A stretch of DNA of 52,725 nt from Fonticula alba ATCC 38817 (taxonomy: Eukaryota > Protista > Nucleariida): NCBI GenBank assembly GCA_000388065.2, contig KB932214.1; one strand, given 5' to 3'. Under the pieces are notes generated by a model that saw only the letters and a program-made list of their open reading frames with translations, was not told the origin of the DNA and did no database searches. A program made the position numbers and the translations under genes. Within the stretch, counting starts at the first letter, position 1. Each line of letters opens with the position of its first letter. Positions 11,521 through 25,600 of the stretch are shown here, piece by piece.

Positions 11521-12277
11521 GTGCACTCGCCCGCCGAGGGGGCGATCGCGTCTTCGAGGCCCCTCGGAGCGGGGCATGACCCACGGGGATCACATGTGCA
11601 TATAAATCAATCACCCGATTCGACATTGGGTCCGTCTTTCGATGTGAGCCGCATCTTCGGGGGGGGGGGGGGCGGGGGCCCTCGTTGCGCTCTCTGTTCT
11701 TTCGTCGCACCTCTGCCAGGTACGCTGGCGCCCTGGCGCGCACGCGCATGCCAGCGTCCGGGTCTGGGCTGCCGCATCTTGCGCGCGAGCCGGGAAAAAG
11801 AAAAAGGAAAAGTGCGAGCGGCTTTCCTGCCCTTCCCGTCAGCTGCTGGTTTGGTGTCTAGCCGAGTCTCTTTGTCGAGGCGCCCACCCCGGGGTGGGCA
11901 CTGGGGGGGCGCGCCCTCCATGCGCTGGCGGTTCTCCGGCCGGTGCTCTCGGAGGACTTCCGAGGCGTGTGGGCGGGCGGGGCCGGAGCGTAACCGCCTG
12001 CGCATTCCTGGGGGGCTCCGAGCTAATCTTCCTCGGGCTTGGGCGCTGGAGGCGTCCCTCGTCGAGCGGGGCAGGGTCCCAGGCCTACATCGGGGGGACT
12101 CTTTCACGGGCCCCTGCCTCTGCGCGGCTGGTCCTGGCTGGCTCGAGGCTTTCGGGCCCGGCCTGCCTGACCTGGGTGTGCATGCACCCGCCTCATTGGG
12201 ACCCCGGTCACGGTCAGGGAGGTGCGCGAGCCAGGGCGGGATGGGGCCGGGGCGAGGGAGGGGGGGGGGGGGGGGCG

Positions 12278-12530
12278 GGCATTCCTCTCCAGGGCCTCGG
12301 CGTGGGGACGGGTGGGTGTGTGTGTGGGCCCGTCCCCGCAAGGGAGGGGAGGGGGGGCGCTGCGACTGCTCCCTTTTGTTGTCCCACCCTGCCGCTCTAG
12401 GCAGCCGAGCCGGGGGGACACCGCTTTTTCGATGGATCCCGAGTCCCTTCTATCCCGGACCGCCCATCACCCTTCCCCCTTTCCCCTTCGCTCTATTTTC
12501 CCGCCCCCTTTGGCTTGTCCCCCCCCCCCC
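12278..12530 (+). repeat. Copy A of a ~240-nt direct repeat (copy B at 13384-13640)
   Basis: 12337-12518 is identical to 13443-13624 (offset 1106). The preceding 59 nt are homologous with 9 mismatches by manual alignment. Confidence 0.9.
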
Positions 12531-12766
12531 CCTCCCCCCTCGCCCTCCCTCCTTCCTTCTCACTCTCCGAGCGGGTCGGCCCCTGTCCCTCATCCCCGCA
12601 GCGGACCGCTCCTGTCCCCGTCACCCCTTCTGGAGGAGGTGTATGTCCCTCTCGCCATTGCTTGCGGCCCTGATGCCCTTGCCTGCGCATTCTAACTCCC
12701 CCCCCCATTCCTGGCAATCCTCCCCCCCCTCAGCCTGCCCCTCTCTCCCGTCTCCCGTCCTCTCCC

Positions 12767-13101
12767 ATGTCCCTGAGTGAGGCTCCGATCGACGACATGG
12801 CCGCGGCTGGCCAGCTGTCGTCGATGGACCGCCTGGATCCGGACCGGGATGCCGGCCCCCCCGAGGCCGCGCCCCCGCCGGCCCTTTGTGACGGGAAGAC
12901 CGTGACCGACTATATGGTGGGCCTGGTGGCGCACCTGTTCTCCTTCGCCCCGGCCGAGGTGTCGAGCTTCCTCCAAGGGCACCCTCTGTTTGCCGAGGCA
13001 CTCGACAACTTCATCAAGGGTCCGGGGTCGCCGGTTCTGGTGTTCACGCGCTCCTCGCGTGAATCCACCAGTCCCGATGGTGCGTGATGTCTCTCTCTCT
13101 C

Positions 13102-13132
<31 letters not shown>

Positions 13133-13622
13133 CCCCCTCTCTCTCTCTCTNNNNNNNNNNNNNNNNNNNNNNNNNNNNNNNNNNNNNNNNNNNNNNNNNN
13201 NNNNNNNNNNNNNNNNNNNNNNNNNNNNNNNNNNNNNNNNNNNNNNNNNNNNNNNNNNNNNNNNNNNNNNNNNNNNNNNNNNNNNNNNNNNNNNNNNNNN
13301 NNNNNNNNNNNNNNNNNNNNNNNNNNNNNNNNNNNNNNNNNNNNNNNNNNNNNNNNNNNNNNNNNNNNNNNNNNNNNNNNGATGGCATTCCTCTCCAGGG
13401 CCTCAGCGTGTGTACGTGTGTGTGTGTGTGTGTGTCCGTGCGCGCAAGGGAGGGGAGGGGGGGCGCTGCGACTGCTCCCTTTTGTTGTCCCACCCTGCCG
13501 CTCTAGGCAGCCGAGCCGGGGGGACACCGCTTTTTCGATGGATCCCGAGTCCCTTCTATCCCGGACCGCCCATCACCCTTCCCCCTTTCCCCTTCGCTCT
13601 ATTTTCCCGCCCCCTTTGGCTT

Positions 13623-13666
<44 letters not shown>

Positions 13667-16600
13667 CTCCCCCTCTCCCTCCCTCCCCCTCTCCCTCCCT
13701 CTCCATGTTCCCCCTTCGCCTGTCCATCGACAGGGGCTCCCTTCCCTCTCCCATTACCTTACCTTACTCCTTACACCCCCCTCTTCCGCACTCCCAGACT
13801 CTCCCTTCGCCCTTGGCTTTCAAACCGAGGTCTCCTTCGGCAACTTCGAGGCGTCGGTGGTTTTCATCCGCCGCGGCCCGGCGGTCGTGGTCGGCAAGGC
13901 CCTGGCCGCCCAAATCCACCTGCTGAGTCTCAACGACTCGTCGCCCTACGAGATGTTGCACTCCTACATCCACAATGCCGTGTCGCCGTACTTCAACACA
14001 TACGCGGCGGCCAGTGCGGCCATGGCCGGGCCGGAGGCCGGGTCCGCGGCGGCCACCGCCGCCGGGGGTGCCCCGGTCCCCGAGTCGCGCTCCGGCGTGC
14101 CAACCGTCAAGAAGAAGCTCGCCGAGCTGGAGCTCTCGCTGCGCCACCTGAATGAGCATATCCTGGTGCCGGAGATCCAGCTGGTCCTGCATCCGGTCAT
14201 CGAGGCGGCGGTGGCGCGCGCCCGCGCGGCCGGCCACTCGGAGGTTGGCATCCGCCATATCGAGCCCGCCTCGCTGGTGGAGGACCGCGAGAGCCCGGCC
14301 TCCAAGGCCTTCTTCGCCAGTCTGCAGGACACCCTCAACAACTGGGTCAAGGAAATTCGCAAGGTGACCTTCGCCACGCATGACCCGGCTCAGGGTGCCG
14401 CGGCCGAGGAGGTTTCCTTCTGGGAGAGCGTCGACGCGGAGCTCGCTCGTCTGGAGGTCTTCCTCAACAGCGACGGGGTCAACCTGACGAAGGAGGTTTT
14501 CCGCTACTCGAAGCGCGTGAATGTCATCCTGAACTTCGACACGGCCATCAACTTCAAGAGCGCCCAGGACCAGGGTATGTCCCTGGACCAGTTCCGGGTG
14601 TCGCCGCGTTCGGCTGCCTGCCAAAGCAGCCCCCCCCCCCCCCCNNNNNNNNNNNNNNNNNNNNNNNNNNNNNNNNNNNNNNNNNNNNNNNNNNNNNNNN
14701 NNNNNNNNNNNNNNNNNNNNNNNNNNNNNNNNNNNNNNNNNNNNNNNNNNNNNNNNNNNNNNNNNNNNNNNNNNNNNNNNNNNNNNNNNNNNNNNNNNNN
14801 NNNNNNNNNNNNNNNNNNNNNNNNNNNNNNNNNNNNNNNNNNNNNNNNNNNNNNNNNNNNNNNNNNNNNNNNNNNNNNNNNNNNCCCCCCCCCCCTCCGC
14901 CTCAGCCACTCGCTACATGATCTTCTTGCGGGATCTGCCCGTGCGCGAGATCGTCCTGGCCACCAATCTGAGCCAGCTCCGGGATGCCTCGTCCACCGTG
15001 CTGCAGCATATGATCAAGCGCGTTCGCATCACCAACTACCCCCTGAAGAACATCCAGATCCTGGCCTTCTCCATGTCGCAGGATTTGACGCAGCAGATGG
15101 TGCGCATCCTGCAGGACATGCGGTTGATGCACCTCGGCGCCGAGGAGCAGGTGGCCTGCCTGAGCGAGTGCTTCACCATCTTCTCGGCATGGGATCAGAA
15201 TTGCTCGCAGCTGGTCACCTATGCGCGAGATAACTTCCAGCGCCGGCAGGACCGCCACTATATCAAGATCGGCTCGGACATCGGCGCATTGAAGACTCGC
15301 CTGGAGCTGCTGCGCACCTTCCTCATGGAGCACCAGGCCCTGCAGAAGACCGTCGGCTCGGTCTTCGGAGCCGGGGCCCGCCTGATCGCCGGGTCGGCGG
15401 GCGGGTCGTCCTCGGGAGCGAACTCGTCATCGGCGGCGGCGGCGGCGGCGGCGGCGGCCGCGGCCGCGGCCGACATCGACCCCCTGGCCGTGGTCCGAAA
15501 GGCGTATCAGGATTTCGCGGCGGCCGACGTGCTGGACACCTCGGACGAGGGGGCCCAGCTGTATCGCCAGGCGCGGCAGGCGTACGATGCGCAGATCAAG
15601 CGCGTGGAGGGGCTGATCATCGCCCTGCTGCGCGAGCGGCTGAGTGTGTCGCACACGGCTTCCGACATGCTGCGTACCCTGTCGCAGTTCAATGTCTTCT
15701 TCAATCGCCCGGGCGTGAAGGCCGCCGTGCACACCTACCAGGCGGACCTGCTGCGCCATGTGCAGGAGGACATTGCCCTGTTGCAGCAGCGTTTCATCCG
15801 CGGGTACCACTCTTCGGCTGCGGCCAAATTCGACCAGCAGCGCGGCCTGCCCCCGGTGACCGGGCAGATTGCCTGGGCCCAGCAGATTGCCCGGCAGCTG
15901 GCGGGCTATGTGCAGCGCATCGAGTCGGTGCTCGGGTCTTCCTGGAAGGAGCAGGCGGCCGGCCAGAAGTTGGCCGCCTCGACCGAGGCCTTCCGTTCGC
16001 GCTTGGACCCGGTGGCCTTCTTCAATGATTGGGTCAACACTTGCCGGGCGCACAGCTACTCCTTCCGCATCGCCGGCGGGGTGTTGCTGGTGGATCGGCG
16101 CCAGGTGGCTGGCCCGGTGCGGGCCCTGACCGGGGCCGGTGTGGCCGGCGCCGGCGCCGCCCCGGCCACGACCAGCATGCGTCTTTTCCTGGATGTCAAC
16201 TTCAGCCACAGCCTGGAGACCCTCTTCAAGGAGACCTTCCACCTGGCCTGGTTGGGGTACTTCGCCCCGCGGGACATCCACTCGGTGGCCATGGTGGCCC
16301 GGCGCCTGTATCCCCTGGCGGCCAGCCTGCGTGAGACCATTTCCATGTACGAAGCCGTGTGCGGGGTGCTGGAGCAGCGGCCGGACTTGTCGCTGTTGAT
16401 GGCCGGCCGGCAGAAGGAGATCCATGCGCAGCTGGTCCAGGTGAATGCCCTGTCCTGGAGCCTGCTGAGCCGGAGCCAGTCGGTGCGCGAGGTGCGCACC
16501 GGTGCCGGGGAGATCACCCACCTGACGGCACTGGTGTCGGCCTTCGGGTCGGCCTTCGGCGAGCTCCGGCAGAAGGTCGATGCCCTGGAGGGGGTGTTGG

Positions 16601-19600
16601 CCCAGCTGGCCACGTGTCCCTTCCTGCCACGGGCCTTCTTCGACATCGGGGCCCGTGCCCAGGCCATCGTCAACTCCATCAGTTTGTTGAACTTCAGCAA
16701 TCTGGACCACTGGGTGGCCGGGCTGAATGCCCGGATGTCTGGCATTTTGCTGGAGCGCCTGCGCCTGGCGGTGCGTGCTTGGATTCATGTCTTCAGCCGG
16801 GAGGCTGTCGATGTGGATGCCGGGTCCGCGGGCCGGGGCCCGGCCGGTGGCGATCTCGATCCGGAGGACGAGGAGGCCGAGGCCGTGGCGGATCCGGTGG
16901 CACTGGCCGGCGCCGAGGAGGCCCTGCGTGGCATGCGCCAGCTGGTGCTGGAGCTGCTGCTGCGCAATCAGGTCATCTTCCTGGAGCCGCCTCTGGAGCA
17001 GGCCCGGTCGATGTGGATCACCGGGCTGTACACCTTCCTGAGCCCGGTGTGCCAGTTGGGCGTGCTGCGGTCGTCGGCGTTGGATCTGGCCGCCGGTGGG
17101 CCTGGGTCTCCGGCGGCGCTGCCGGGCCCCGGGGGCAGTGACGTGACGGCCGCCGGCGGTGCGGTCACCGCGGCCGGGGCCGGCGGCTCTGCCAGTGGTG
17201 CTGCCACTCAGGCGGCCACCTTCCGCTTCTTGCTGCGGGATTTGGTGGCCTCGGGCGAGCTTCAGGCTGCCTTTGAGGCGGTCGAGTCGAAGATCGCCAC
17301 GGTCGGGACGTATGTCGCGGATTGGCTGCGCTATCAGGCCCTGTGGGACCTGAATGAGGCCCATGTGGCTCAGCGTCTGTCCACCGATGTGGCCCTGTGG
17401 CGGACTCTGCTGGCGGACATTCGGAATGCCCGGTCGACCTTCGACACGTCGGAGTCCCGGCGGGAGTTCGGTGTGGCGGTGGCCATCGACTATGGCCACA
17501 TCCAGCAGAAGGTCACCTCGCGGTATGACGCCCTGCAGGCCAGCCTCCTGAATCACTTTGGTGGGCTGCTGCGCGAGAGCACCGGCACCCTGTTCGATCA
17601 GCTGGTGGAGGCTCGCCTGCAGTTGGAGGACTCGCGCTTGGGTTCCGCCGGGGCCGATGCCACCGGGCTGGCTGGTGCCAGTGGGGCGACCGGGTCCAGC
17701 GGTGGTGGCACCGCCGCGGCGATTGCCTGCGTGACCCTGGTGCAGGAGGTCAACCGTCGGGTGCCGGGCTGGGCCGCATCGCTGGATACGCTGAAGGGCT
17801 GCGAGGTCCTGCTCCGGCGTTTGCGCTTCCAATTCCCGGCCGGGTGGCTGTACTTCGAGCGGCTGGACTCCGAGTGGGAGGCCCTGCAGCTGACCCTGTC
17901 CAAGCGGAATGAGGAGATCAAGCGGCAGTTGGCGCCCTTGCAGGCGCGCATCACCGAGCAGGATGCCCATTTGCTGGAGCAAATCCAGGCCGCCGAGGCG
18001 GATTGGGCAGCCAACAAGCCGCTGCGCGGGGACACCCGGCCGGCGGCGGCGCTCACTGCGCTGGCTCAATTTGAGGCCACTTTCGGCCGGCTGTCGGAGG
18101 AGTGGATCCAGCTGGAGCGTGCCAAGGAGTCGCTGAATTTGCCGGCCGGCGGGGAGAACCGCGTGCTCTTCATGCTGGCCGAGTTGGAGGATCTGCGCCT
18201 GGTGTGGCAGGATCTGGCCAAGATTTGGGCGGCTCTGCGGGAGCTGGGCGAGACCCCCTGGGCGTCGATCCAGCCGCGCAAGGTGCGCCATGCGCTGGAG
18301 GATCTGTCCGAGGCGCTGCGCGCGCTGCCGGTGCAGCTCAAGCAGTATGCCGCCTTCGAGTATGTGCAGGCCGAGTTGCGGACCCTGCTGCGTGCGAATC
18401 TGGTCATCGGCGATCTGAAGGGCGATGCCATGCGTGAGCGCCATTGGCAGATGCTCTTCCGGCGCCTGCGTGTCGGGGAGCCCGGCGGTCCGGCCGGGCC
18501 TGGCAGTGCGACCGGCCTCGGCCGGCGTGTGGCCCTCGGGGACATCACCCTGCAGTTCCTTTGGGACTTGGGCCCGGCGCGCAATGAGGCCGCCATTCGC
18601 GAGGTGCTGGTGGTTGCCCAGGGCGAGCTGGCCCTGGAGGAGTACCTGCGCACGGTGGAGGAAACTTGGAAGGCCTTCGAGCTGGAGCTGGTCAATTACC
18701 AGAACAAGTGCTACCTCATCCGTGGCTGGGATGACCTGTTCAATCGGTGCAATGAGCACCTGAGCGCCCTGCAGGCGATGCGCATTTCGCCGTACTACAA
18801 GGAATTCGAGGGGACGGCCGCCACCTGGGAGGAGCGTCTGACTCGGGTGAATGCCATCTTCAATGTGTGGATCGATGTCCAGCGGCAGTGGGTGTACTTG
18901 GAGGGCATTTTCACCGGGTCCGCGGACATCCGGAATTTGTTGCCCACCGAGTCGGCCCGGTTCCAGTCCATCAACCAGGAGTTCCTGACCCTCTTGCGCC
19001 GGGTGGCCAAGGACCCGCAAGTGTTGGAGGTGATTGCCATCCCGAACATTGCGCGGTCGTTGGAGCGCCTGGCCGACATGCTGGCCAAGGTGCAAAAGGC
19101 CCTCGGTGAGTATTTGGAGAAGGAGCGCTCCTCCTTCCCGCGGTTCTACTTCGTCGGTGATGAGGACCTGCTGGAGATCATTGGCAATGCCAAGGATGCC
19201 AACAAGATCCAGAAGCACTTGAAGAAGATGTTCGCCGGGATTTCGGCCCTGGTGCTGGAGGGCGGCTCGACCGGGGCCACGCTGGCCGACAGCAGCCCGG
19301 CCGAGGGGGCCGGCGGGGAGGGCGCCGCATCGGCGACGACCGCCGGCACCGGGGCCCCGTCGGCCGATGCCGTGCCGACCGCCGTGCTGGGCATGGTCTC
19401 GCGCGAGGGCGAGACCGTGCCCTTCCGCACGCCGATCGACCTGCGCGCGCAGCCCAAGATCAATGAGTGGCTGGCTCAGGTGGAGCAGGAGATGCGCCTG
19501 TCGCTGGCGCACCTGCTGGATGAGTCGATCTTGGCCCTGTTGGCTCTGCAGCAGGGGGCCATCGATGTGGCCTTCGAGACGGCGGCCGGCATTGGGGCCT

Positions 19601-22600
19601 CCCCGGGCGGTCTTCCGGCCGTGGATGCTGCCGATGGTGGTGGGGCCGACTCGCCGGTGGTGGCGCTGGCCGTGGCCCCGGTGGGCGAGCATTTCGGCCA
19701 GGCGGCCTTCCTGGAGTGGGTCCAGCGCTTCCCGGCGCAGTTGGTGGTCATCGCGGCGCAGGTTGCCTGGACCACGCATGTGGAGCGGGCCCTGGCCCAG
19801 GGTGCCGGCGATGGCGATGCCGCTGGCCAGGCCCTCGGGGCGCTGCTGCGCTTTGTGGAGCATGTGCTGACGGTTCTGGCTGACACGGTCCTGCAGGATA
19901 TCGATGGATTGTATCGGCGCAAGTGCGAGCACCTGATCACGGAGATGGTGCACCAGCGCGACATCATCCGGCGGCTGGTGGCCGACCGGGTGACATCGGT
20001 CGGCTCCTTCGACTGGCTGTACCAGATGCGCTTCTACCATGATGCCCAGGGGGCGGACCCGCTGCGGCGGTTGGCCATCCGCATGGCCAATGCCTCTTTC
20101 GATTATGGGTTCGAGTATCTCGGCGTGGTGGACAAGCTGGTGCAGACGCCGCTGACGGACCGGTGCTACATGACCCTGACTCAGGCATTGGACTTGCGCC
20201 TGGGTGGTTCGCCCTTCGGCCCGGCTGGTACCGGCAAGACCGAGTCGGTCAAGGCCCTGGGCGCGCAGCTTGGACGCTTTGTGTTGGTGTTCTGTTGCGA
20301 TGAGACCTTCGACTTCCAGGCCATGGGCCGGATCTTCGTGGGGTTGTGCATGGTCGGCGCGTGGGGCTGCTTCGATGAGTTCAATCGTCTGGAGGAGCGC
20401 ATCCTGTCGGCCGTGTCGCAGCAAATCCAAACCATTCAGATGGCCCTGCGGGATCAGCGCGCATCCGGGGCCGCTGTCACCAATGAAATCGAGCTGGTGG
20501 GCAAGCAGCTGACCGTGCACCCGGGCACCGGGATCTTCATCACCATGAACCCGGGGTATGCCGGCCGGTCAAACCTGCCGGACAACTTGAAGAAGCTCTT
20601 CCGTGGCATGGCCATGACCAAGCCCGACCGGGAGCTCATTGCCCAGGTGATGCTCTTCTCGCAGGGGTTCCGGTCGGCCGAGCTGCTGGCTTCCAAGATC
20701 GTGCCCTTCTTCAACCTGTGCGCCGAGCAGCTGTCCTCGCAGCCGCATTATGACTTCGGCCTGCGCGCCTTGAAGTCGGTGCTGGTGAGTGCCGGTAACC
20801 TGAAGCGCGATCGGATTTTGTCGGCCACCGGGCCGGGGTCGGCCGATCGTGGCAATGCCGTGGCCCAGGCTTCCTCGGCCCTGGCCGAGCAGGAGATCCT
20901 CATCCAGTCGGTGGCCGAGACGGTGGTGCCGAAGCTGGTGGCCGAGGACATTGCCCTGCTGCGGAGCCTGCTGGAGGATGTCTTCCCCGGGGTGCCCTAC
21001 CGGCCGGCGGACACGCGTGCCCTGCGCGAGGCCATCGAGGCCATCTGTCGCGAGCGCCACCTGGTGGCGGCGGATGCCTGGGTGGACAAGGTCCTGCAGT
21101 TGTACCAGATCCACAAGATCAACCATGGTGTGATGCTGGTGGGCCCGGCGGCCACCGGCAAGTCCACCGCTTGGTCGGTGCTGCTGGCGGCCATGCGCCA
21201 GGTGGATGGCATCGAGGGTGTGGCGCATGTCATCGACCCGAAGGCCATTCCGAAGGAGGCCCTGTATGGGACGCTGGATCCGACGACGCGCGAGTGGACG
21301 GACGGCCTCTTTACGGGGATCCTGCGCCGGGTGCTGGACAATGTGCGCGGTGAATTGAACCGCCGCCAGTGGATCATCTTCGATGGTGACGTGGACCCGG
21401 AGTGGGTGGAGAACCTGAACTCCGTGTTGGATGACAACCGGCTGTTGACCCTGCCCAATGGCGAGCGCCTGTCCCTGCCGCCGAATGTGCGTGTCATGTT
21501 CGAGGTGCAGGATCTCAAGTATGCCACTCTGGCCACGGTGTCCCGCTGTGGCATGGTTTGGTTCAGTGATGATGTGGTGTCCCAGCCGATGGTGTATCAC
21601 CATTATCTGGCGGCCCTGGAGGCGGATGTCCTGCCGGGGATGGATGCCATGTTCGAGGGTGCCGGGCGTCGTGGTGGCACGGCGGCCACCACCGGGTCCG
21701 AGGGCGGCGACCTGCCGGCGGCCCTGGTGCTGCAGCGGGATTGCGCGCGCGTCTGGCGGCCGTACTTCGCGGATGAGGGGCTCGTGACGCAGGCCCTGCG
21801 CCGGGCGGCCGAGCTGGAGCACATCATGGAATTTTCCCCGGCTCGGGCGTTGCAAACGCTGTTCGCCATGCTGAACAAGACCGTGCGCAATGTCTTCGAT
21901 TACAACCAGTCGCATCCGGACTTCCCGCTGGCGGCCGACACCGTGGAGCGGTATTGCGTCCGGCGCCTGCTCTATTGCCTGGTGTGGGCCTTCTCCGGGG
22001 ATTGTCGCCTGCCTCAGCGTGATGTGCTTGGGGCCTTCCTGCTGGGCACGGCCGGTGTGGAACTCCCGGCCGGGAGCTCGGCCGCCCCTCCGTCGCTCAT
22101 CGATTACGAGGTCCAGGTGGCCTCCGGTGATTGGGGCCTCTGGCAGAACCGGGTGCCGGTGGTGGACATCGAGACGCACCGGGTCACGGCCCAGGATGTG
22201 GTCGTGCCGACGGTGGACACGGTTCGCCATGAGGATGTGCTGTACACATGGCTGGCGGAGCGTCGGCCACTGTTGCTGTGCGGGCCTCCCGGGTCCGGTA
22301 AGACCATGACCCTGTTCGCCGCGCTGAATGCCCTGCCGGATGTGGATGTGGTGGGGTTGAACTTCTCCTCGGCCACCACGCCGGAGTTGCTGCTGCGCAC
22401 CTTCGAGCAGTATTGCGAGTATCGCAAGACCCCGGCCGGGCAGATCCTGGCCCCGACGCAGCCCGGCAAGTGGCTGGTGCTCTTCTGCGATGAGATCAAC
22501 CTGCCGGAGCAGGACAAGTACGGCACTCAGCGGGTGATTTCGTTCATGCGGCAGCTGGTGGAGGCCGGCGGGTTCTGGCGTTGCCATGGGACCGGTGCGT

Positions 22601-25600
22601 CGGACCGGCAGTGGGTGCGCCTGGAGCGCATCCAAATTGTCGGTGCCTGTAATCCTCCCACCGATCCCGGGCGTGTGCCCTTGACCGGGCGCTTCCTGCG
22701 GCATTGCCCGCTGTTGATGGTGGACTACCCGGGCGAGACGTCGCTGCATCAAATTTACGGCACCTTCTGTCGGGCCCTGCTGAAGGCGGCTCCCAGTGGG
22801 TTGCGGTCCTTCGCCGAGCCCCTGACCCATGCCATGGTGGATGTGTATCTGGCCAGTCAGCGGCATTTCACCCCGGACCAGCAGGCGCATTACATCTACT
22901 CGCCGCGCGAGCTGACTCGCTGGGTGCGTGGTGTGTATGAGGCCTTGCGGCCGTTGGATGCGGCCGGGGTCCTGGCCGATGGGGAGTTCCTGGTGCGCCT
23001 GTGGGCGCATGAGGCCCTGCGTTTGTTCTCGGATCGCTTGGTGTCGGCCGAGGAGCGTGCCTGGACCGGTGCCCTGATCGATTCGGTGGCCGAGAAGCAC
23101 TTCGGTGCCGGTGTGAATCTGGTGTCGGCCCTGGCGCGGCCGATTCTCTTCTCGGACTGGCTGTCGAAGCACTATCTGCCGGTGGATCGCGAGCAGCTGC
23201 GCGAGTATATGAAGGCTCGTTTGCGTGTGTTCCACGAGGAGGAGCTGGATGTGCCGCTGGTGCTGTTTGACGATGTGCTGGAGCATGTGCTGCGCATTGA
23301 CCGGGTCTTCAAGCAGGTCCAGGGCCATGCGCTGTTGATTGGTGTCTCGGGTGCCGGGAAGACCACCCTCACGCGCTTTGTGGCCTGGATGAATGGCTTG
23401 ACCCTGTTCCAGATCCGTGCCCATGCGGCCTATAGCATGGAGGACTTCGATGACGATCTGCGGGATGTCCTCCGGCGGACCGGCTGCCGGGGGGAGAAGA
23501 TTTGCTTCGTCATGGACGAGGGGAATGTCCTGGACACGGGCTTCCTGGAGCGCATGAACACCCTGCTGGCCAATGGCGAAGTGCCGGGGCTCTTTGAGGG
23601 GGATGACCATGCGCAGCTGATGACCGCCTGTCGAGAGGGCGCCCAGCGTGAGGGGCTGCTGATTGACACGCCGGATGAGCTGTACCGGTGGTTCACCCAG
23701 CAGATCACTCGGAATTTGCATGTGGTGTTCACGATGAACCCGCCGGAGGGCGGCCTCGGTGGCCGGGCGGCCACTTCGCCGGCTCTCTTCAACCGCTGTG
23801 TGTTGGATTGGTTTGGCGATTGGTCGCCGCAGGCCCTGTACCAGGTGGGTTCGGAGTTGACGCATCGGTTGGACTTCGACGCGGCTGGGGGCCGGCAATT
23901 CGCGGTGCCCACCCAGTATGGGCCCTTCCCGCTGGCACATCCGGACCTGGGGCCGGTGATTGAATTGCCCCCCTCGCATCGGGAGTCGCTGGTCAATGCG
24001 CTGGTCTTTGTGCATGCCTCCCTGGGGGAGGTGTGTGCGCGTGTGGCCAAGCGCCATGGGCGTCTGTTGCACATTACGCCGCGCCATTTCCTGGATTTGA
24101 TTCATCACTTTGGGCGTCTCTTCGAGGAGAAGCGCTCGGAGTTGGAGGCCCAGCAGCTGCACATTAGCGTGGGCTTGAAGAAGCTTCGGGAGACCTTCGA
24201 CGCGGTGGCCGAGCTCCAGTCGACCCTGGCGGTGACCAGTGCCGAATTGGACCGGAAGAATGCCGAGGCCAATGCCAAGTTGCAGGAGATGCTGCAGCGG
24301 CAGCAGGAGGCCGAAAAGCGCAAGGTCGATTCGACGGCCATCCGCCGGGAGGTGGAGGAGTCCAGTCGGGTGATTGCCAGCCGCCATGAGGCGGTCATGG
24401 TGGACCTGGCCCAGGCGGCGCCGGCCGTGGAGGAAGCCCAGCAGGCGGTCAATGGCATCAAGAAGTCCCAGCTGACGGAGATCCGGTCTTTGCCGAATCC
24501 GCCGAAGGCCGTGTCGCTGGCCCTGGAGCCGGTGTGCTTGATGCTGGGCGGCGGCCCGGCCGGTGGCGGGGCCATCACCTGGCAGACCATCCAGCAGACC
24601 CTGCGCCGGGAGGACTTCATCACGTCGATTGTCAATTACAACACGGAGAAGCAGCTGACGGCCGGCGTGCGGGAGCACATCCGCACGCGGTACCTCAGCA
24701 ATCCGGATTACAACTTCGAGGTGATCAACCGCGCGTCGAAGGCTTGCGGCCCGTTGGTCAAGTGGGTGCAGGCCCAGTGCAGCTATTCCACCATTCTCCA
24801 GCGTGTGGAGCCCCTTCGCCAGGAGGTGGCCGAGTTGGAGGCGGCCGGCGAGTCGGCGCGCGTGCAGCTGGCCGAGGTGGAGGCCACCATCGCCGAGCTG
24901 GAGCAGTCGATTACTCGCTTCAAGGATGAGTATGCCACATTGATTGCGGAGACCCAGGCGCTGAAGGCCCAGCAGGAGACCGTTCGGGCAAAGGTGACCC
25001 GGGCAACCGGGCTGCTGGATTCCCTGCAGTCGGAGCGTGCGCGCTGGTCGGAAACCTCCTCGACCTTCGAGCAGCAGATGACCACCCTGGCCGGTGATGC
25101 GCTGGCATGCGCGGCGGCCGTGGCCTATTCCGGGTTCTTTGATCAGACCCATCGGCAGTTGCTCTTCCGCCGGTGGCTGGCGCATCTTCGTCGGTCGGGC
25201 ATCGCCACGCGGGCCGACCTGTCGGTGACGGAGTATCTGTCCACGGCGGATGAGCGGCTGGCGTGGCAGGCGCGCGGCCTGCCGGCCGACGACCTGGCCA
25301 GCGAGAATGCCGTCATGCTGACGCGCTTCAACCGGTACCCGCTGATGATCGATCCGTCGAGCCAGGCCCGGGCCTTTGTCCTGCGGCAGCTGGCCGACCG
25401 GAAGATCCAGCACACATCCTTCCTGGACAAGTCCTTCGTCAAGAACCTGGAAGCGGCCTTGCGCTTTGGGAATCCGCTGCTGGTGGACGATGTGGAGGCG
25501 CTGGATCCGATCCTGAATCCGTTGCTGAATCGCGAAGTCCGCCGGGCCGGTGGCCGGGTGCTGGTGCGCGTGGGCGCCCAGGATGTGGACTTCTCGCCGG

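Noticed and set aside
12990-15233. ORFs that run through N-gaps (for example 747, 876, 646, 629 and 599 aa entries containing X)
   Set aside because: N codons were not treated as stops. Only the real exon parts were used in the gene models.
21142-21165. AAA2 P-loop GPAATGKS differs from the animal GPSGSGKS
   Set aside because: The GKS core is intact and AAA2 is a non-hydrolysing, variable site, so this is ordinary divergence.
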